Origin: Psammoneis japonica
Taxonomy: Eukaryota
DNA length: 64,000 nt
Assembly: GCA_008632985.1 (NCBI GenBank)
Contig: QPGO01000002.1
Span: 434,001 to 498,000 of the forward strand
Direction: 5' to 3'
Of this stretch, positions 44,221 to 55,129 are shown one piece after another. The stretch's first letter is position 1. Every line of letters starts with the position of its first letter. Both the position numbers and the translations under genes were made by a program. The notes beneath the pieces were generated by a model. That model made no database searches, was not told where the DNA came from, and worked only from the letters and a program-made list of their open reading frames with translations.

Positions 44221-44232
44221 TTTGGCGGGAAA
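44221..44232 (-). promoter_or_regulatory. E2F-like site TTTCCCGCCAAA
   Basis: Matches the TTTSSCGC consensus ~165 bp upstream of the ATG at 44056. Confidence 0.45.
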
Positions 44233-44817
44233 ACCCGAGTCACGCGCATGCGCGCGAACGAAATGCGAGACGAATCATCCAGATCCTGTGATGATAATCG
44301 AACCGGTATGGTAAAGTGTACTCTACTTCTCTCTACTCTCCCTCTAGAAAGTAGAGAGTGAAGTAGCTAGAGTAGAGAGGGCCCTAGAGTAGAGAGGTAG
44401 AGAGAGGGCTGCTTCTACAAGCAGTATGGTAGAGTGTAACTACTAGCTAGAGTAGTAGGAGCAGAGAGAGAGAGAGAGAACAGAGCCATGATGAATGATC
44501 AGATTGAGAAGGCAGCGTCATGGACCTCAGAAGGGACGAGCTCCACAAAATGTACTCAGTACAGCCCTACCGTTAGGCTATGATTAAAATCTGTGAGCTT
44601 GCTTGATCTACCTAGATGGAAGACAAATCAAGATAAGGACAGCAAAATATCTAAAAACTCCTAAAAGAACAGGGAACTTGTACATTTGGGTCTAATGGCA
44701 CTATGGCTGAGGTCGCAGAGGAACGTTGATAACAAGAGGGAGGATAAGGATGAAACCCCGGCTACCACGTTCGACTTTCGAATGATCATTTTGCGGATGA
44801 TTCTTGCTTTGCCACTC

Positions 44818-46190
44818 TTACGACTGCACTGCACGGACACTCGTCTTATCAATGAAGCATTGCCCACGGTAAAACGTTGCCGTGCAATTCTTTCGAGAGA
44901 GTACTGTCGCGAGCACACCATACTGACTATCGGACATGACAATGCATTCTGATTGCATCAGGACCACCAGTTCCGCCCATCCATCCATCATGCCGTGAAA
45001 TGCATCCTGGTTATCTCCGTTATGTTCAAGTGGCACGTCCACATGTGATATTACTATTGCGGAAGGAATTCGAACAGAAGAATCCCAAGTCCGAATGAGG
45101 TCCTTGGCGTCGCTGTTGTCAGAGGCGAGGTAGACTCCTTTCGGACGAGGAATATTCCTTTTCAGCTTGCGTGCGCATTGAAGGAATTTCTTGTATGCTT
45201 CTGGTCCCCAGTCAAGAAATCTCTTCCTGGGTATATCCATTTCAAACTGGAACTTTTGATCCCCTGTCCGCAAATGGGCTGAAATGTACGGGAGTGCCTG
45301 GTTTAGTTCATCGTCCCATGGCATGTCAGCCAATTTTTTCAGATCATTCGCCCTTTCCAAGACAGGATCTGTCAGTCGGAACAGGCTATGAAATGCCCAG
45401 TAGGAGAGATTCGCAGCAGCGTCTTGCTCGTCGACAAAGGTTGGTTTGACTTGCCCGATGCTGCGAAAGTGTTTCTTCATTCGCCTGCTGGTCCAGGTGG
45501 AAAGCGCTGGAAATGTATGAGAGTGTTCGAATCTGACACCCATGTGGCCAGGCTTTATGAGTTCAAATGGAAATGACTTCATTTCATCTTGCAAGCTGTG
45601 CACCGGTATTCTTGTTGCGTTATAATCGTAGGTAGCATTCCAGTACACCTCTCGCGGTATCAAAAAATTCTCAAGAGGGAACGGAAAATCAGATTCAATA
45701 AGAAGTACGCGACCGGTACATATTGCAATGTAGAGTAAATGAAATATTCCGTTCAAACGATCTCCAATGCCGCCGCAGTGTCGCTTGAGATCCGTTTCGA
45801 ACTTTTGGTTGGCCTTGCATTCATACACCAAGAATTTCACTCCTGGTTTCAGTCTGCCTTGGCGTCGATGCTAGAGCGATGAAACTCAATGTAATCTTTG
45901 ATAAAGTCTGGAAGTATTTTGGCTTGTTCATCAGAAGTTCGTCGAGTGGTGTTTGATGCCAAAGACGAGTTCTGATCACTAGCCAGACGTGGCGGATGGA
46001 GTTCACGTTGTCCTTCGTTGCACTCATTCCAACGTAGTTCACGAGACTGAGAGAAAACAGATGGTCCTCCAACAAGAGAGAAATTCGAGTAAGCCGTAGA
46101 GACAACCACAAAGAGGCCGCAGTAGAAAGCCAACAGTCTCTTCTTGCTACGTGACCTGGTTATGCCTTGTCCAGGATTCGAGGTTTCCAT
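44818..46190 (-). CDS. Fucosyltransferase-like (GT-B, alpha-1,6/O-FucT-type) type II membrane protein; 1-bp frameshift near 45860
   Basis: N-terminal TM anchor; CGGIGDRLNG, SAHLRTGD, VYLASDN, SQYG motifs. One added base would join IDA to QGRLKPGVKFLVY. Confidence 0.75.
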
Positions 46191-49100
46191 TCTTCACTTG
46201 TTGCTCGATCCACAGAAGCACAAGTACAACCAGTAACCTTTCCGAAAACTTAATTCACTTTCTCAGAGAAGAAGTGGTCTTCCGAAGCTTTATGAGCAAC
46301 AAGCAAGCCGCCACACAAAAAACGACAATGGACATGGTCATTTATCTACTGTGACTTCACAATGACTTGTGACTTGCGGTCATCCCACATTTTTACAATT
46401 GCCCTTTCCTCGGTCCATGGCTGGTGTGGCATGCACTGCGATTGAGGGAGACGATCAAAGATGATCGATGAGAGTTTCACATGCACCTTGTTCAGCTCCT
46501 CATTCATTGCTGACCCCAGTGGAAAAAGCATGTGAGAGGGCCGGCATGTGAGATGGGCGCACATTGATCCTGGGAAACTCGGCTTTCGTCGATGTGCTCC
46601 ACACTTGTGTGCTCGCCAGAAACACTGACAAAGAAGTGCAGAAACTGGCAAATTTGCTGGGGCAGCAGCAGCCTCCCCCCCCCTCACCTGCTGGGCAGAT
46701 GCAAAAGCTCAGCAGTCAGCCCCCACATGATGCATGGGATTCAAAGTGTGTGTGTGTGTGTGTGCTGTTGACACCACCAGCAGAAAAAGGCGAGCAGACA
46801 TGTCTGTGTTTGCTGCTTTTCTTGCTCAAACTTAGGAGCTCCTCACTGTTTTTCCCGTCATTGTCTGGCTTGAGACCCACCTGCAGCTCTGTCATCTGGC
46901 ATTGCTTTTGGTCACCAGAAAGGCAAAAATGTGCTTGGGCTGTGGCACACCTCTTGCACAAATTGTTGCATTGTGCGCTTTTTTTTGTGCTCTCATTTTG
47001 ACAATCTTCTTTGCTGCATTGTGGCATTTTTCGTGCTTTTGGTGGCACTGCTGCTTGCTTGAGTTTTGAGCATGACACAGGGTGACATTTTCCTCATGAG
47101 GTGGTGGTGGGGAGTGTGCGCTTGGCACCAGTGTCTGTGCAGGGGTGCATCAAGGATGGCACACCCAGAAGCTGCACAAGAAGCCAGCGCCAGCAGAAAA
47201 TGGCTGTGTGTGGTCTTTCCCTCCATCCATCCTTGCCCGTCAATCCAATCATGTGCTGCAACTTCTTGGGAAATGAGCTGAGACCCAACCTTGCCAGAGG
47301 ATCATGTTTTTCATCATGCAGGACAGCGCAGAAAAAATGTGACAGGCAGGGCCAGGTTTCAACTGTGACTTCTCACAAAGCTGTTGGCACCAGCTGCCTT
47401 CTTGTGTGGTGAGTGCATGCATTGTTTGAGGCTGGCCCAATGGAAAAGCATTCCCCCACCATGTCCTCTTGAGCTCCCAAAACATTTGTTGAGAAAAAGC
47501 ATGGTGGGCATCTTTCCTCAGGCACAAACACATTTTGCAACAAATTGTTTTGACTCTTGCTGCGCCAAATGCACTTTGCCAGCCTCTGGTCATTTTGAAA
47601 AGGAGCCAAGAAAAAGCAGCACACATGCATGGCTGCAAAGCTTGTGATGAGAGCTCACGATCAGTGTTTCCACATCTTGGGCCTCCCACACAAGCCATCT
47701 CAAGCTCCGTGGGCATGCCTCTCTGTTTGGCAAGCCTCGTTTGCACATGTTTTTGGCTTTGTTTCTTCCCAGCATGCTCAAAAAAAAACATTGTGGCTTT
47801 CACAATGTTTTGGAGTGACCCCCCTTTGAGCCTTGAGTCAGAATGTGTGACATCATCTGCCTGTGCACAGCACAAAGAAGAAGTGAGTTGTGTCCCTTTT
47901 TTTGAGCAGTGCCTCATTGATGAAAAGGAGGAAGCCATGGTGAAAAAGCTGCTGCAACCTCCAGAGGCTTGCCATGTGGATGATGAGGAACAAAAGGCTG
48001 TTTGCCCCAACTGACACGACAGCTGTGCATCCAAACCATGATGGCCTCCACATGCATTTCTGAGTTGTGGGCTTTGTGCATGACTCTCTGTAGAAAGGAG
48101 AGCATTTGTTGAGCCACAGGTTTTGTGAAGTGCTGTTGGGGATGGCAGTCAAAGCAGCAACCTCTCTGCAGCAGAAAAGTGAAAGATCATTGCCCCCAAG
48201 GATGCCAGCTGAGACTTGCTGACATGTGTTGATTGCACTCTCTCCCACTTGGCTGGTGTCCAAAGTGCTCTCAGGTGCCAAACAATGACTCTCAAAAGGC
48301 CAACTTCCAACAGCAGATGTGGGAACCTCAGCAGCTCTTGGGCTCTTCATGGGGTTTCAAAAATGGCACAGAATCTTGAAGAAAATTTGTCAAATGTCTT
48401 GATGCATCCAAAGCTCTTGTTCCCCAGTGATGCTCAACCTTCCACTCAACTGTGCAGTGCAACTTTTTTTCAAAAAGTGGGCTTGCCTGAGTTGCAGCTG
48501 GTGTGACATGTTCCTGCCCCAGGCAGGGCTGCATGTGTGACATGTGCCCACAGAGCCAGTGCACTGGACAATGGACACATGTGTCCTCAGCATCTAAATG
48601 ACGAACAACCCCAAGTCTGTGGCACAGCTGCCTCTCAATGCTTGCATTTTTGAACATCTGCATGTCCTGCAAAAATCTTTCAAAACGTTGGAGAATTGCA
48701 CTGCACAAGAAAAGTCAAAAGTTTTTGAGTGGGGTGGCCCAATGAGCAGTGTGCCAAAAAATGACACAAAATGACGCCAAAGTCATGCAGAAATGTGTTT
48801 GCACAATGTGTGGTGGCACATCACAAAAAATGTCAAATGTCAAAGTCCAGCAGCACAAGGCCCCACCTGTGAGTTGGAGCACATCTGGCATTGCCAAGCT
48901 TGTTCACATCTTCACAACTCTCCTTCCCCAGTGCCCAACACTCAATCTGAGGATCTCAGTGAGATGGCTGGACAGGGCCAGGTTCCAAAGCAGCAGAAAA
49001 TGATTGTGCTCTTGCAGAGTGCAAGCCTGAGTCTGGATTTGCACGACAATGTCATGCAAAGTCACTTCTGCAAGTTTCCACCAAAGCCAAAGTGCTCTCC

Positions 49101-50367
49101 CAGCTTGGGCTCCAAAAAGGCAATGCACTGTGCATTTCTGATCAGAGGGCCAGCTGGATCTCTGACTTGATCTTCAAAAACAACATGAACATGTCTTGCA
49201 ATGGGAGCTGGCTTGGTCTCATCCATGCTGGTGGGAGCAGCATTTCAAAAAAGCAGTTGGAGGCTCTGCCATGGCTTGAGAGTCACCATTGCCACCCAGC
49301 ATCTGGCACAAAATGGCTGGGGATGCAACACTTGTCAGCATCTTCCTCTGGCACAATTGTGGGCATGGCACTGTGCAGGAGGCCTTGGATGTGACTGGGA
49401 AATTTGTTGCTGTCATCAAAACAAGTGCAAAGAATGCTGGAAACAACTGCAGCATTTTTGAAGGGTGCAGCGCTCCTGGGAGAGCATTGCTGATGATGCT
49501 GCAGCAGTGTTGACATCAGAGGGGCTGACACTGTCCAAAACCTGGCACACAATTGCAGAAACGCTGTTGGTCATTGTGGTTGCCTTGATCAACAAGAAGG
49601 CACCAACACACACCCATCACTTTGCCACACCAACAAATGGGGGGCAGAGAGTGGGCACTGGTGATGGCACCGGCACTCGTGGCAGCAATGGCAGCAACGA
49701 CAACAAAGACAATGATCTTTTCCATGCAGTGGACTGTGAGCTGATGAGCAATTCAGAAATTGTGAGAGCATTTGAATGAGAAAAAATTTTGTCTGAGTTG
49801 AGGTGACATGGTGCAAAACACTCAGAAATCTGCGCAATTTGAGCTGCTCGTCAGACGGGCGACACTTGCTGATGTTCAAAGAAAGTTTGACATCATGCCT
49901 GTGTGTCACAATGGTGCATTGGCCATGGATTGGTTTCACCTGCAGTGTCCACCAGCAATGTCATGGCAAGTCCCAATGGATCTTGGATGATTTGCAAACA
50001 GTGTCACAAAACATGAGCTGGAGGACCACACATGCCAAAACACACTCAGTGTCGCAGCAAAACATGAGCTGGAGGACCACATGCCAAAACACTCAGTTGC
50101 AGAGAAATGTGGGTGAACAATCCATGAAAGGGGTGCTCACAAAAGAGCCAAAACAAGGCTCACAAGGAACAAAATCCATTGCTCACCATGGGAAGATGTT
50201 TTGATGCATGTTGCACATGTTTGCAGCACAAGGTTGCAGATTCAAGTCTCAGGAGTTCTCACTCATTCTTGTCTTGAGAGGGAAACCAACAATCTGCTGA
50301 GTCCACAATGACTCGCTGTCATGTGTCCACATGTGAACAACCACAGGGAAAATCGACAAAGCTGTGG

Positions 50368-50814
50368 CGCAGCATGCATGCAGACAAAAGGTCATTTTTG
50401 TCACGCCCTTTGTGACATTTAAAGGCTGCAACACGTCGCCGGGATGCATTGACTCTCATTGGTGGCTGTGTGCTGCACTCCTCCCCATGTGTCACGCGTC
50501 CATGCGGCTCTTTACTAATGTGCACTGACGCTGCACGGTTTTGGCGGAACAGTGTGGGTGCGTGCGAAGGAACACACAGAACTGCACAGAGTTTTACGCG
50601 TTCGACAGTGATCAACGTTGCTGCAGACAACTCCCACTCAGGATTTCGAACCCCTGGCCTCCTGCCCAATTGTTGCGATGAACCACTCCGCTGTGAATTC
50701 ACAACGCAGCATGCATGCAGACAAAAGGTTATTTTTGTCACGCCCTTTGTGACATTTAAAGGCTGTGACACGTCGCTGTGATGCATTGACTCTCATTGGC
50801 AGCTGTGTGTTGCA
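50368..50814 (+). repeat. 110-bp direct repeats (50368-50477 and 50705-50814)
   Basis: CGCAGCATGCATGCAGACAAAAGG...GATGCATTGACTCTCATTGG occurs twice. Confidence 0.9.
50630..50700 (-). other. Degenerate tRNA-like sequence (possible SINE head or tRNA pseudogene)
   Basis: Minus strand reads CAGCGGAGTGGTTCATCGC (A-box/D-arm-like) and CAGGGGTTCGAAATCCTG (B-box/T-arm-like). No intact anticodon arm. Confidence 0.4.
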
Positions 50815-51352
50815 GTGGTGCCTCTCTGACTCCAAGATGCTGTGCATGCCCAACAAACACACCACGTCGCTCCAGTTGGTGGCATGTGATGACTGCGAGA
50901 TCCGCACACAAACAAGGGTGCATCTTGGTCACGTGCAATTCCTTGGGCGTTTCCTACATCCACTGACAACTTCATAAACAAAGAAGTGGGTGTGCACATC
51001 CACCATCAACGCAATGCTGGACATGCGATGGGGACGCAATCACGCGTGGCGCAGTTTGTGTGCGCATCGAGCTTAGCCGATCGTGCTAATCCGCATTTTG
51101 AATTTGCAAATCCGAGCCGATCGGACCCGCTATGGCGGGCCCTACCGCGACATCATCACGAAGGGATCATGCTTACCGCATTACCGGTAGCGGTACATTG
51201 GAAAGCACAAGCGTGAAGTTGAGAAGAACAGTAAAAGCAAGGGCTTGTTGGTTGAGAGAGCCATTCTCTGTAGAGAATAGAGCGTTTAGAAAAGCACTGC
51301 AGTGGACACAACTGACGATCTTTGGATGAGTTAGCCGGGACAAACATGAAAC

Positions 51353-52327
51353 ATGGCAGCACAGCATCCTCAACGCAAACGCCCTCGCCGCGCTGCTGCG
51401 GTCGCCCACGACGCTACAACAAATGACGATGGATGGGAGGTGCTGTCTAGCCTTTTCGAGAGAGTTCGTGATGCAAAATTTCTGGTCTTTTCTGGGTCTG
51501 GCATCAGTGTAAGTGCTGGCCTTGCTACCTTTTCGTCGAAACACGGTTTGTACGCACAGGCGGCAAAACGATACAAAATGAAAAGAGGCTCCGACGTCTT
51601 TTGTTACAACTTTTTGCAATCACATCCAGAGGAGTCCTTTGCGTTTTTCAAACATCTTTACAAAAAATTCGTCAAGGCTAAACCAACACCTACCCACATG
51701 GCTCTCAAGACGATGCAAGACACAGGACAGCTCGTGCGACATTACACGTTGAACATTGATGGTCTCGCTGCAGCGAGTGGCATGTCGCTTTGGAGTCCAG
51801 AAGCGACCGACAACAAAACGGTGGAATTACACGGCAACCTCAACACGCTCGTGTGTCGCGATTGTGGAAAAGTATTTGACACAGAGCAAAACTTGAACAA
51901 CAAGGCTGACGTACCAAATTGCCCAAATTGCGGTGACGGAGCCTTGTTGCGGTTTCGAGTGCTCATGTACGACGACGCACAAAGTCATTTGATCCACCCT
52001 TTCAATCCGTTGCAAGAGTTGTTGCCAGTTGATCTCCTACTGTGTGACGCCGTCCTCTGGATTGGTATTTCCTTTGAACAGAGTGCGTCGTGTGAACATT
52101 TTCGTTTTGTACTTAATGCAATTCAAGAGGCACCAGCTCCAAGCGACAAACGACGACAAACACAAGTGCCAATGTTTCTTGTTGACCCAAACGCTGCAGA
52201 TACAATACAGAACCTAAGCGATGGGCTACAGTTGCAGCTTAGGGGAAGCAGCGGCGTGTTTACAGTACAGTCGGAAAGTGATGAGTTCTTCAAAAAGATT
52301 GCTATTCAGCAACGAAAATTTGACTAG
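51353..52327 (+). CDS. Sirtuin (Sir2-family NAD-dependent deacylase)
   Basis: SGSGISVSAGLATF, PTPTH, YTLNIDGL, ELHGN, CRDC...CPNC zinc site, IGISF. Confidence 0.92.
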   Translation: MAAQHPQRKRPRRAAAVAHDATTNDDGWEVLSSLFERVRDAKFLVFSGSGISVSAGLATFSSKHGLYAQAAKRYKMKRGSDVFCYNFLQSHPEESFAFFKHLYKKFVKAKPTPTHMALKTMQDTGQLVRHYTLNIDGLAAASGMSLWSPEATDNKTVELHGNLNTLVCRDCGKVFDTEQNLNNKADVPNCPNCGDGALLRFRVLMYDDAQSHLIHPFNPLQELLPVDLLLCDAVLWIGISFEQSASCEHFRFVLNAIQEAPAPSDKRRQTQVPMFLVDPNAADTIQNLSDGLQLQLRGSSGVFTVQSESDEFFKKIAIQQRKFD

Positions 52328-52689
52328 GGGTTTAGCAAGCCAAAATTCGACAAAGTTCATGGACCATGCAAGTATTAGTAGTTCCAAGCTAATATAACTC
52401 AAAACTGTGCTAGTAGCTATGGCAGTCCGGGGTTATGAGGATTGACAAAGGACTGTCCTTGACAAGTAATTGCGATCGATATTCAAGAGTCCAAGTGACC
52501 GCAACGGCCGCATCAAGAATGGTTTACCTCGCAGATGTAAAGTGTTAACTTGTCATGATACCTCGTGGGTGAGCTGACAGCCACAAGATTCAAGATAAGC
52601 CGCCACATTCTGCCTCTATGTTGCTACCGGTGACAGTTTACGCTTGGCTGCAAGGGTGTGAGCAGTAAATGCGAATTACTCTACCTAGA

Positions 52690-53340
52690 GACAACGAGAA
52701 TGACACTTTGGTAATGAGACAGAGATGCACTATATGCCGTTTTAAAACACAATCCGCTTGAAGACAAATGAAGCTTCTGTCGAGCCGTCGCCCAGTTGGC
52801 GGACGTTTCTACCAGTGCCCCATAGGGACCCATCTGTCTTGATAACCATGAAAAATTGAGGGCCAGCAGCACAGTAAGCGACATCAGACATGATCATCTC
52901 GAATTTGAAAGCCCTTTCACATTCTGATCCGAGTCCAAGGCTCCCGTCACCATTATAGCCCGCCCCCTATAAACTCCCACCCGTCTTTATCGCTGAGATT
53001 GAAGCAACATCAGTCAGACCTCCACTGGACTCAACTTGTCCAATCTCGTACCATCGCCGATCTGACCACTTCCGTTGGAGCCCCAACCTATCAGAGTACC
53101 ATCTGATTTCAATAACATGACCCTCGCAGAAGAACGTTCCAATGATTCTTTCTGCAACCCCACAGAGTTCCATCCTTTTTTAGTATAAATAATAATGATT
53201 CAGAACCAGCAGCAGCTACAGCAGCTACATTCGACATCTTTATTTCGGGCACGTTCCGTGATTTCCTTGTGCCGTCTCCAAGTGTGCCATGGCTGTTGCC
53301 GCCCGTAGTCCACAGCATTCCATCCGTTTTCATGTAAATT
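52690..53340 (-). pseudogene. RCC1/BLIP-II repeat fragment, disrupted
   Basis: KTDGMLWTTGGNSHGTLGDGT, KKDGTLWG, IKTGGSL*GAGYNGDGSLG and DGSLWGTGRN, spread across frames with stops. Confidence 0.6.
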
Positions 53341-53398
53341 GATCCTTCTAGTCCGTGTGCACTAAATTGCTCCTAACTAACATTGATGGCTTCTAATG

Positions 53399-54971
53399 CT
53401 AATCATCACCTGTAAACAAGTCCCACAGTGTCTGTAGTATGCTACCGACTCCTCCTTCGCCGTCCTCTCCGGTATCACCGCCAGCTCCGTCAAAGGCTTC
53501 GCTACCACCAGTGCTGTCGCTGCTTCCTTCGTCATAGGTAGTAAAGCTGGTATCATCCGAAAAGTCCTTTGTACCAAAATCAGTCTCGTCACTCGATGAG
53601 AAGGAGGAGGATTCTTCCATATCTGGAAAGCTTTCGTCTGAAAATACGGTTTCGGAGGAGCTCGAAAACTCGTCTGTTGACGTACCAAAGCCGTCTCCTG
53701 ACGATGCTGTCTCTCCTGTTGTGGTACTGCTACTACCAGCTGCATCTCCAAAGAGCGCCTCTGACGATTCAGGGTCAATATTTTGTGCATCATCAGACAT
53801 GGCTCCCGATGACGCTACAGTGGCCTGTCGATCCGCCTCCACCGCTGCATCCGTAGCCGCCACCATTTCTTCAGGAGACTCTGAGTCGTCTTCAAGTCCA
53901 GCAGCAGCCTCATCCCCAGCAGCAGCACCTTCTGCTTCTCCACCGCTGCCTCCTCCCATGCCAATGGGAATACCAAATCCAAGTCCACCACCGGGCACTC
54001 GTCTTGCAATTTCCGAAATCATGCGATCCGGCGGCATGCCCTGTAGCCAAACCGTTCCTGGTCCCGTTAATCTGAATTATCAGAAAAGGACACAAATATG
54101 GATAAGAACTTGGCCTGGGTTGATCGTGAGGACGCAAATGTGGAACTTACGTAGTCATGAAGAATCCTTCTCCGCCAAACATCACATTTGCAAACCCAGG
54201 CACTGTTTGAACATCGTATTGCACTGATGGTTCAAAAGCTACAAGACTCCCACGCGATACTCGCAATGTTTCTCCGTCTTGTAGTTCACGCTTGACAAGC
54301 GTCCCGCCCGCTTTCAGAAAGACGTCTCCCTCTCCCACCAAGGCTTGCAATATGAAACCCTCACCTCCAAAGAATCCAGTCGTTAGCTTCTTTGTAAATT
54401 CCATTTCCATATCGACTGATGGATTACTCGCTAGAAAAGCCCCACGCTGACAAACTAACTTGCCTCCGTAATCGTCTAGATTGAGCCTAATAATCTTGGA
54501 TGGAAAATCCGTTCCCAAACCCACTTGTCCAGACGTTTTCTTGTCGTCACTCGGTGTATACGTAAAGTCACTGACAAACACATTTTGTCCCGTCATGAAT
54601 CGTTTAAATCCACTGCTCATGCTTTCGGTATTGGTATTCATTTCCACGCCCTTGGTCATGAACAACATGGCTCCCGACTCGGCTCTCAACACTTGTCCCT
54701 CCGACAGAGTGACTGTCACAATTTGAGATTCTTCCCCCTGAATTTGCGAACTCACAGAAAAATCAATAGGAACAATCGACTTGTCATTGTTGTTGGCTGG
54801 TACAAAGTCGTTGTTTTCGCTGTTGTTTTCAGACGAAGAAAAGTACCGTTCTGAGACAGTCAGCGCTCGTCTTGTCCGACTTTCAAGAATTGCTCCTCTT
54901 TTAGACAGACCGTGACGTAAAAGCAAGGAAGCAGAGTACCTGGACGCCGGTATTCGTCGAAGCATTGACAT
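53399..54971 (-). CDS. AIM24: Mitochondrial AIM24-domain protein with acidic C-terminal tail (intron 54072-54150)
   Basis: Transit-peptide-like N-terminus; RAESGAML, GFFGGEGFILQ, FGGEGFF. GTAAGT...CAG splicing gives TTLTGPGTVWLQGMP. Confidence 0.9.
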
Positions 54972-55129
54972 TGTCTGAAGGGATTCTGCTTCGCAGTTGT
55001 TGTTTCGCAATCACAACACACAATAGAAGACGCGTTTCAAGATTCAGCGAAACGAAACGAAAAACGATAATAAGCTGCGCGGGGTGCCATGGCACTACAA
55101 GAACTTATGCTCAATAGGACCAATTGCTC

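Larger units (their letters stand above)
46350..51060. other. TpA/CpG-depleted hypermutated domain 3
   Basis: Same dinucleotide signature; lies between the 5' ends of the fucosyltransferase-like gene and the sirtuin gene. Confidence 0.88.

Noticed and set aside
47249..48034. Class-3 lipase remnant (CVGGPRCGN resembling FGxPRVGN)
   Set aside because: Single short motif and no GxSxG found; too degraded to support.
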